25,968 nt of DNA from a virus (taxonomy: Duplodnaviria > Caudoviricetes): positions 1 to 25,968 of the IMG/VR virus record IMGVR_UViG_3300033076_000577; one strand, written 5' to 3'. The notes beneath the pieces are model-generated. The model was given only the letters and a program-made list of their open reading frames with translations. It made no database searches and was not told the origin of the DNA. Positions 19,768 to 25,968 of this stretch are shown here, piece after piece (the first letter of the stretch is position 1; the number at the start of each line of letters is the position of its first letter). Made by a program: the position numbers and the translations under genes.

Positions 19768-19777
19768 TAATAAATAG
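19768..19777 (-). promoter_or_regulatory. Candidate phage late promoter (CTATTTATTA)
   Basis: Lies between the hsp20 terminator and the ATG at 19765, where a new promoter is needed. Confidence 0.45.
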
Positions 19778-19782
19778 TTTAT

Positions 19783-19821
19783 AAAATAAAAAATGGGTAG
19801 AGCAATGATGTTCTACCCATT
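19783..19821 (-). terminator. Intrinsic terminator after hsp20
   Basis: Minus strand AATGGGTAGA-acatcattgc-TCTACCCATT 10-bp stem followed by TTTTATTTT. Confidence 0.8.
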
Positions 19822-19843
19822 AAAGATACTAAAAAAAATCGAA

Positions 19844-20224
19844 TTAACCAACTTTAATTTGAATTGATTTGGCTTTTCTTTCTTCCTTTTTATCGATTGT
19901 TAAAATAAGTAACCCATTAGAAAATTTAGCTTCTGTTTTAGTTCCATCGTAATCAGCGCCTATACTAAACGTAATATCAATATCTTCTACTAATTTAGAA
20001 GTATTTTCTTCTTTTTTTGCTTTGATTGATACCTCTTCTTCGGTAACATATAATTTAATGTTTTTTATATCGTGTCCTAAAACACTAAATGTTGCCTGTA
20101 ATTTACCATCTTCCAATACTTTTGCTTCATAATGAGAAGGTAATTTTTTGTAAGTAGAAAAATCGTTTGTGAAAAACGTTTCAAATAAATTGTCTAAATT
20201 TGTTAAAGTTGTTGTTGTGTACAT
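19844..20224 (-). CDS. Small heat-shock protein (Hsp20/alpha-crystallin)
   Basis: 126 aa; V.GH...I...V pattern, AKFSNGLLILTI, C-terminal IxI motif (SIQIK). Confidence 0.85.
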   Translation of the reverse strand: MYTTTTLTNLDNLFETFFTNDFSTYKKLPSHYEAKVLEDGKLQATFSVLGHDIKNIKLYVTEEEVSIKAKKEENTSKLVEDIDITFSIGADYDGTKTEAKFSNGLLILTIDKKEERKAKSIQIKVG

Positions 20225-20255
20225 AATAATTTTAATTTTAGTTTACAAATATAAT

Positions 20256-20270
20256 ACAATATGCGTACCA
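20256..20270 (-). promoter_or_regulatory. Sigma54-like -24/-12 element upstream of hsp20
   Basis: Minus strand TGGTACGCATATTGT vs consensus TGGCACG-N4-TTGC (GG-N10-GT). Confidence 0.5.
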
Positions 20271-20274
20271 ATAA

Positions 20275-20328
20275 AAAAAGTATGAACTATTGTCATACTT
20301 TTTAAATTAAAAATGACAAATTGTCATT
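20275..20328. promoter_or_regulatory. Pair of palindromic operator-like boxes (ATGACA-N3-TGTCAT type)
   Basis: AATGACAAATTGTCATT (20312-20328, perfect 8-bp arms) and AAAAAGTATGAACTATTGTCATACTTTTT (20275-20303); centres 31 bp apart. Confidence 0.6.
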
Positions 20329-20974
20329 ATAAAGTATTATCTTGTGATTCAATGACGGTACTCATATGGTCTGCCCAATGCATTAAATGTGGTAAATTTG
20401 ATTTAATTGCTTTTTTAGCATCAAATACTTTTAAATATTTTACATTATCTTCATCATACATACCATCTGTAAGTTTCATACCAAAGTATTCTTTTTCGGT
20501 AACCGAAATACCATAATGTTGTAATGTAAACATAGTTCTATCGGTATGAGTCATATGATGTAATGTATCATTGGAAGCATATACTTTACCCTGATTTTTA
20601 ATATGCCAATCTGAAGGATTTGGTACATAGTATGGTTTACCTTTAGAACCCAACTTACCTAAATCGTGATGTAATGCACAAAATATTAATTCTTCATCGG
20701 TAAAATCTGGCTTACCACCAAGCTGAATAAATAATTCTTTAACTTTAAGTGCATTTTTACAAACATTAAAAATATGGTCAATATATCCACCTGTATAACA
20801 ATTGTGATATCCAGCATTTCCACTTGCAGGTGATATTGCAAGATTTGGTCCTAATTCATCTTCTGAATACATAAAAAGAAGTTTCTCTAACCTATCTCCT
20901 GTAAAATATTTTTTGATGATAGCAATAAACCTCTCGTAGTTGTCTTTCAGTTCTTTTTCTGTCTTTTGTTTCAT
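20327..20974 (-). CDS. HD-domain metal-dependent phosphohydrolase (YhaM-like HD domain)
   Basis: PAS...YH....GGYIDH, LHHDLGK, HMTH, LMHWADHMS. Confidence 0.85.
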   Translation of the reverse strand: MKQKTEKELKDNYERFIAIIKKYFTGDRLEKLLFMYSEDELGPNLAISPASGNAGYHNCYTGGYIDHIFNVCKNALKVKELFIQLGGKPDFTDEELIFCALHHDLGKLGSKGKPYYVPNPSDWHIKNQGKVYASNDTLHHMTHTDRTMFTLQHYGISVTEKEYFGMKLTDGMYDEDNVKYLKVFDAKKAIKSNLPHLMHWADHMSTVIESQDNTL

Positions 20975-21053
20975 AACCTTTATTTTTAAGTTTTATTTTA
21001 ATCTTTTAGTGCTTCTGTGCTGTCTGCTTTAGAGTAATAATAAAAAGATACCA

Positions 21054-21085
21054 CAAATATACAAAAATTTTTTCAAATTTCCAAA
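21054..21085 (-). promoter_or_regulatory. Bacteroidota housekeeping-sigma promoter upstream of the HD gene
   Basis: Minus strand TTTG-N20-TATATTTG. Confidence 0.8.
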
Positions 21086-21409
21086 TTAATAGAGTTCTTT
21101 TTTTGTTAAAATTTTGTAAAGTATTTCAACTTCCTCTTCTGTAGTCAATTCTGGCAAATCTTCATCAAATAATCGCATAGTATATAGTGTAATACCTTCT
21201 TCTGATTCAAATTCAGTAGACTCAGATGACCATAACGATGGTATGGTTTCTAAATTATTTTCTAATTCTTCTTGTGATACATCTATTAGTGGAATGACAT
21301 AGTAATAAAATACTTCCTCTAAAGATTCATCTTTCATTTCTATTTTAATGCACGGATTCCATTTAGTAAAACTAACATCCGTTATTGGAGTTTCGGGTAC
21401 TATAATCAT
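21086..21409 (-). CDS. Acidic hypothetical protein
   Basis: Glu-rich ORF; ATG at 21409 preferred over GTG 21415, which overlaps the promoter -7 box. Confidence 0.65.
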   Translation of the reverse strand: MIIVPETPITDVSFTKWNPCIKIEMKDESLEEVFYYYVIPLIDVSQEELENNLETIPSLWSSESTEFESEEGITLYTMRLFDEDLPELTTEEEVEILYKILTKKELY

Positions 21410-21413
21410 ATTC

Positions 21414-21445
21414 ACAATATAGTGAAAATTTTTAAAAAAACCAAA
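21414..21445 (-). promoter_or_regulatory. Variant Bacteroidota-type promoter
   Basis: Minus strand TTTG-N20-TATATTGT; same 20-nt spacing as the other two. Confidence 0.55.
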
Positions 21446-21454
21446 TTAAATTAA

Positions 21455-22045
21455 TTATAAAAGATTTCTTTTATTTTGCGTACCACCTCTTAATTTGTTT
21501 ATTGGATTTATTTTTGCTTTAGAAACAAAACCAATATAATCTTCAATCAACTTTATTCCCAAATCTGAATAGTATAATTCTTCGTATGATAGTTGTAATC
21601 CATATTCTAATGATTTAAAAAATTCTTTTTCTTTATCAAAGTTATTCTTCAATTCTAATATCTTATCCATATTTTCGGATTTCCATTCATCGGATAAATC
21701 GTAGTAAGCATATTTAAACGAATTTCCTGAATAATGATGATGGTATATTTTATTAACAATAGACCAACACATACTTTCGGATTGCTCTAATGTATTTTCT
21801 CTATATAAAATGATTATTTTATCAAATACGTTATTCAAATATGATAAATCAAACCCATCTCCTGGTGATACTTTTACTATACAATTTTGAATTCTTTTTA
21901 AATCAAACAATCCGCTATTTATTATAGCATATTCATTACTTTGATTCAATGGTTCGTGATAATAATCGCAATTTAATTCGTTACTCAACCATTCTCCTAA
22001 TGATTTAGAACCCGTTCTATAATTTGTATATATTAATATTTTCAT
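21455..22045 (-). CDS. Sulfotransferase-like protein (Stf0/P-loop type)
   Basis: 5'-PSB-like YRTGSKSL, HEP, 3'-PB-like LYREN.LEQ.ES, SYEELY. Confidence 0.65.
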   Translation of the reverse strand: MKILIYTNYRTGSKSLGEWLSNELNCDYYHEPLNQSNEYAIINSGLFDLKRIQNCIVKVSPGDGFDLSYLNNVFDKIIILYRENTLEQSESMCWSIVNKIYHHHYSGNSFKYAYYDLSDEWKSENMDKILELKNNFDKEKEFFKSLEYGLQLSYEELYYSDLGIKLIEDYIGFVSKAKINPINKLRGGTQNKRNLL

Positions 22046-22551
22046 ATTAATTTATTTTTTTTATAAAAATTATCAATTAAGAAAAATGCTAACATAGTCC
22101 ATCTATCTCCATTTGTTATTTCCTTAACTCCATGCAATCTGTTGTTATCAAATATACAGGCATTGCCAATACCCTTTTCTATATAAACATATGGTTCAAA
22201 TAATTCAAATTCACCACCCTCATAATCAATTGATAAATTTACCATCATAGTGTATATTTGTTTATTAAAATATAAATCTCTATGTACATCAAATGAATCG
22301 CCTACCATATAATGATTTACCATAATTTTATCCAATGGTGATATCACTTTCATATCTAATTTATTTTCAAAACAATCGTAAATTTTATCAAAAATCCATA
22401 TATTATCATCGTTAGGAGTTATATACACGGAATCAAAAGATGTGTTCCTATTCTCCATTTTACGTTGTCTTTTTAACCCATTTATCATAGCATATGAAAT
22501 TATCATATCACATTCTGATTTAGAAAATAAATTTGATATTATCTTTTCCAT
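22042..22551 (-). CDS. 2OG-Fe(II) oxygenase (prolyl-4-hydroxylase-like)
   Basis: FSKSEC, HRD (HxD), YEGGEF, HGV.EI..GDRW. Confidence 0.88.
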   Translation of the reverse strand: MEKIISNLFSKSECDMIISYAMINGLKRQRKMENRNTSFDSVYITPNDDNIWIFDKIYDCFENKLDMKVISPLDKIMVNHYMVGDSFDVHRDLYFNKQIYTMMVNLSIDYEGGEFELFEPYVYIEKGIGNACIFDNNRLHGVKEITNGDRWTMLAFFLIDNFYKKNKLI

Positions 22552-22552
22552 A

Positions 22553-23080
22553 TTAAATCATATTACGCTTACCATTTCTATATTTTTTGGAATTATCTAA
22601 TTTTAAAACAGTTGATATTCCTAAATATTCTTCTATTAATTTTAATCCGTTACCATAATATAAATCTTCATATGTTACTTTTAAGCAATTTTCGCATTTA
22701 TTCAATAATTCATTTTCCGTTTTTATTATTTGCTCCATACGATTTAATTCATATTGGTTTTCTTTTAAAAAAGAATCATCTATGGTGTATGGTGAAAAAT
22801 ATTTTTTAACATGCTCTGCATATAATCTACTTTCAGCTTGCTCCTTTATATTATCTCTTATAAGAACTATACACTTATCAAAATCATTACGAACCAATTC
22901 ATAATTCACTTCGGATGGTGTTAATTTTATTATAATATTATCAACACCATTTATTATTTTTGAAAAATTTTTATTTTTATAAAATCCCTCTCTTTGATAA
23001 TCGCAATTATAATGAGTCATTAATAATTGAGCCAATGATGTTGAACCTGTCCTATGAGTTGTATATATTAGTAGTTTCAT
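22553..23080 (-). CDS. Sulfotransferase-like protein, paralog of 21455-22045
   Basis: HRTGSTSL, LIRDN.KEQAES, TYEDLYY..GLKLIEEYLG; start at 23080 (MKLLIY) aligns with the paralog. Confidence 0.65.
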   Translation of the reverse strand: MKLLIYTTHRTGSTSLAQLLMTHYNCDYQREGFYKNKNFSKIINGVDNIIIKLTPSEVNYELVRNDFDKCIVLIRDNIKEQAESRLYAEHVKKYFSPYTIDDSFLKENQYELNRMEQIIKTENELLNKCENCLKVTYEDLYYGNGLKLIEEYLGISTVLKLDNSKKYRNGKRNMI

Positions 23081-23921
23081 TTTCAATAAATTTTAATATA
23101 AAATTTGCTATATCATCGTGTCCTTCATAACTAGGATGAAAATCATCTATCAATCCATTTGTTTTGTGATATATTGTTTTTTTAGTATTATTGATATACC
23201 CTGTCATTCCATTAATATGCATTTCTATTAAATTATTTTGTTTTAATAAATGCTGTGGCCAAGCTGTTTCATTTATTATATAATTTTTTATACCAATTAA
23301 ATTTAATATGTTTGATATCTGAACAATTCTCCAAACACTTCTTTCATAATATTTTTCAGTAGTTATAAATTCTGAAAAAAATCCACGAACAATATCATAT
23401 TTGTGTTTATCTAAAATAACATTTTCGTTTTTTAAACTCTCCTGTGCATTTGAATATTTCAATACATCTTTCACATCATCGGAATATTCTTTTTCTATAT
23501 TAGATAAGAATATTGTTTTAAAAAAATACGGAGAATTAGACATATCAAATAATTCATCATCTCTATCATATTTTTTAGAAAAATTACCAAATAATGTTTT
23601 TTCTTTTAAAAATGGAAAATCAAATCTACCAAGTGTAGATGTTTGTAGTATTACTATATCATTTTTTTGAATAGATGGTAAATGCTTTAAAATACTATCT
23701 GCTATTGATTCATTAGTCATTCCATTTTTACCATAATTTAATAACTCAAAACCCAAAGTGTGAGCTACTATTTCTGGCCATATTTTTTTATTAATATCAA
23801 TATAATCATCATATAATTTTTTATAATACGTTTCTAAACTATTAGAAAATGCACCTGATGCATCGAATTTACATCCGTGTCCTGCTGTAAAACTATCACC
23901 AAATGTCCATAACGTATTCAT
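23052..23921 (-). CDS. SGNH/GDSL-fold protein
   Basis: WTFGDSFTAG, NGMTN, VILQTS..GR, DFHPSYEGH. Confidence 0.75.
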   Translation of the reverse strand: MNTLWTFGDSFTAGHGCKFDASGAFSNSLETYYKKLYDDYIDINKKIWPEIVAHTLGFELLNYGKNGMTNESIADSILKHLPSIQKNDIVILQTSTLGRFDFPFLKEKTLFGNFSKKYDRDDELFDMSNSPYFFKTIFLSNIEKEYSDDVKDVLKYSNAQESLKNENVILDKHKYDIVRGFFSEFITTEKYYERSVWRIVQISNILNLIGIKNYIINETAWPQHLLKQNNLIEMHINGMTGYINNTKKTIYHKTNGLIDDFHPSYEGHDDIANFILKFIENETTNIYNS

Positions 23922-23924
23922 TAA

Positions 23925-24602
23925 TTATTTTAAATTTATATGATTTAAAAAATATTCAAATTGAACCAATTGCCCTTTTTCTCCAAAATTATCATCTATT
24001 AATGTACCATTCGTTTCCCAAGTTATATCTTCGGCGCCTCTTTTTATTAAATCCGTTCTAAAATTATTTGTAGATATATAGTGTGTTCTATTTAATGCAG
24101 AATCAAACGTCCAATATAAAATTTTGAATCCAATTAACTTTGCTAATAAATTTATGGTAGTTTCCCAATTGTAAACTTCATTAAGCCATTCTGTATTTGT
24201 TCTATTATTAAGAATTGAATTAACAACATCTATGTTTATACCATTCAATAACGCAGGATTATCAATATGTTCCGGTTTAAATTGATTGGGTCGTATTGTA
24301 ACAAATCCATTTGTTGTTTCATCTACCAATCTAAATCTTTGAACGTAACCCCAACCAATAATAACAATGTCATCTTTTTGTATTTGCTCTACGCATCTAC
24401 AAAACATATCAAATATATCATAATTAGATTGACCCGAAACGGCCATATTTTTTAGTTCCGTTCCTAATTCTTTTGATAGTAATTCGGACCAGCTTTTTGG
24501 AAATATACCACCCCTATATTCTTTGTAGTATTTAAATCGTCTTTCTTTGGTTTTACCAAATATAGCAGAATTATTATCTCCAAATATCCATAACCTTTTC
24601 AT
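23925..24602 (-). CDS. SGNH-fold protein with substituted catalytic residues
   Basis: WIFGDNNS (Ser to Asn), SGQSN, IIGWG...RFR, DDNFGEKG (His to Asn). Confidence 0.7.
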   Translation of the reverse strand: MKRLWIFGDNNSAIFGKTKERRFKYYKEYRGGIFPKSWSELLSKELGTELKNMAVSGQSNYDIFDMFCRCVEQIQKDDIVIIGWGYVQRFRLVDETTNGFVTIRPNQFKPEHIDNPALLNGINIDVVNSILNNRTNTEWLNEVYNWETTINLLAKLIGFKILYWTFDSALNRTHYISTNNFRTDLIKRGAEDITWETNGTLIDDNFGEKGQLVQFEYFLNHINLK

Positions 24603-24603
24603 A

Positions 24604-25257
24604 CTAATTGATTAAAATTTTACAAAAATATTCGGATAATAATTTATGTCCATTCTCACTATAATGATAATCATTAATTTCTCCCATAGTTTCATCTTTA
24701 ATTAACTCTAAACTATCTATTAATGGTATTCTATGGATATTCAATATTGGATGATTTTTTTGAAATGGTGACCAATGAATTACATTTTTAGTATTTAGGG
24801 ATTTGTTAACTATTTTTATAAATCTATTCAATTCATATTGATATAACTCATTATCTCTATTTACCAATATTTCATTTATAGTATTCATAGATATCATATC
24901 ATACTCATATGTATGTTCTAATGTACTATGAACGGCTGAATCAGAAGGTCTAATTGTGTTGAAATTATTTAATTTATCTATTATCCTAAATCTTAATGTA
25001 GATGTCCAACCTATTATAACGATATCATCTTCCGAAATACTATCTAAACTATCTACAATAGTATCAAATATAGTATAGTTATCGGTAGCACTTATCGATA
25101 AATTATGCAATTTTAATTGTATAGAATCATTTAAAAATTCACACCAAACTTTAGGAGTGTATCCTTTCCATTTGATGTATAATTTTCTCCACCTTTCTAT
25201 TTGATTTCGTTTATTTGTTGCAGAGAATGAATCGCCAAATATCCATAACTTTTTCAT
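24604..25257 (-). CDS. SGNH/GDSL-fold protein
   Basis: WIFGDSFS, SATDN, IIGWT...RFR, DYHYSENGH. Confidence 0.75.
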   Translation of the reverse strand: MKKLWIFGDSFSATNKRNQIERWRKLYIKWKGYTPKVWCEFLNDSIQLKLHNLSISATDNYTIFDTIVDSLDSISEDDIVIIGWTSTLRFRIIDKLNNFNTIRPSDSAVHSTLEHTYEYDMISMNTINEILVNRDNELYQYELNRFIKIVNKSLNTKNVIHWSPFQKNHPILNIHRIPLIDSLELIKDETMGEINDYHYSENGHKLLSEYFCKILIN

Positions 25258-25940
25258 AAAAATGATTTCGATACAGAACGTGTATTGAATGAATTGTAAT
25301 TATTTATAATATAAGTTAAATCTTCAGCTAAAATAATATGTGCATTTGAACTAAAATGTCCATCATCAACAACACCATCCGTTTCAGTTCGTATGGATTC
25401 ATAATCAACCGAATTTCTTAATGTAGTATTTAATCCGTGCTTATGTTGAGAAAATGGAGACCAATGTATAATTTTATTATCTTTGAAAGTATAATTCAGT
25501 AATTTTATATAATTGTTTAGTTCATTTATATAAATCTGATTATCCCTATTAACTGATAATTCTATTAATGTATTATCCGATAAATTTATAGTTTGATTTC
25601 TTTTATTTGAATCCAATACATAATCTAAACTACCAGGTCTAATTGTATGAAAGGCATTTTCATTACCAACTACTCTAAATCTAATTGTGTTTGACCAACC
25701 TATTATAATTGTATCTTCTTTTTCAATTTTATCTACGTTATGCGAAATAGTATCTAATATAGTATAATTATCAGTACCACCAATGGCATTGTTTATATGA
25801 ATTAGATTACACTTTTCAGCCACAATTTCGCCATAGTATTTAGGCATATATCCTTTCCATTCCAAATATGGTATTCTCCATTTGGCATTTTTATAAAAAG
25901 GCTCGCTATAACTATCGCCAAAAACCCACAACTTATTCAT
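25254..25940 (-). CDS. SGNH/GDSL-fold protein
   Basis: WVFGDSYS, GGTDN, IIGWS...RFR, DGHFSSNAH. Confidence 0.75.
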   Translation of the reverse strand: MNKLWVFGDSYSEPFYKNAKWRIPYLEWKGYMPKYYGEIVAEKCNLIHINNAIGGTDNYTILDTISHNVDKIEKEDTIIIGWSNTIRFRVVGNENAFHTIRPGSLDYVLDSNKRNQTINLSDNTLIELSVNRDNQIYINELNNYIKLLNYTFKDNKIIHWSPFSQHKHGLNTTLRNSVDYESIRTETDGVVDDGHFSSNAHIILAEDLTYIINNYNSFNTRSVSKSFL

Positions 25941-25968
25941 TAAAACTAATTAAGAATGCTTTGCTTTA

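Noticed and set aside
46-24455. All plus-strand ORFs in the track (e.g. 46-312, 439-747, 1396-1740, 4192-4533, 8877-9242, 10727-11101, 13177-13575)
   Set aside because: Antisense shadows of long minus-strand genes; no recognisable motifs
1-25968. Alternative genetic code (TAG/TGA recoding seen in some large phages)
   Set aside because: Genes are full length in the standard code, and TAG (23052, 24604) and TGA (13562, 17169, 22042, 25254) act as normal stops at gene junctions
1-25968. tRNA, CRISPR array, intron/intein, integrase or IS element
   Set aside because: None recognised by eye; intergenic gaps are short and explained by promoters or terminators
25941-25968. 3' end of an upstream gene
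   Set aside because: Only 28 nt; frame cannot be determined

Overview
Very AT-rich, densely coding fragment of a large tailed dsDNA bacteriophage (contractile-tail, distantly T4-like myovirus). Every credible gene is on the minus strand. The left half (1-12790) is a virion baseplate module: a >1350-aa wedge/LamG-like protein truncated at the window edge and missed by the ORF track, plus DNRLRE-like, gp6/J-like, gp25 and gp5-like spike genes. The middle holds a gp55-like late sigma factor, a carbamoyltransferase, peptide deformylase, a DUF2061 protein, a HIGH-type nucleotidyltransferase, UvsE, Hsp20 and an HD protein. The right end is a tandem array of modifying enzymes (4 SGNH-fold, 2 sulfotransferase-like, 1 2OG-Fe(II) oxygenase). 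TTTG-N20-TAnnTTTG promoters and the absence of obvious Shine-Dalgarno sites point to a Bacteroidota host. The most notable items are (i) a shared C-terminal K-x(1-2)-hydrophobic-hydrophobic-COOH tag on unrelated modifying enzymes, (ii) a sigma54-like promoter with two phased TGACA-N3-TGTCA-type palindromes upstream of hsp20, and (iii) a candidate late promoter TATTTAT. All calls come from reading motifs by eye; no database searches were run.
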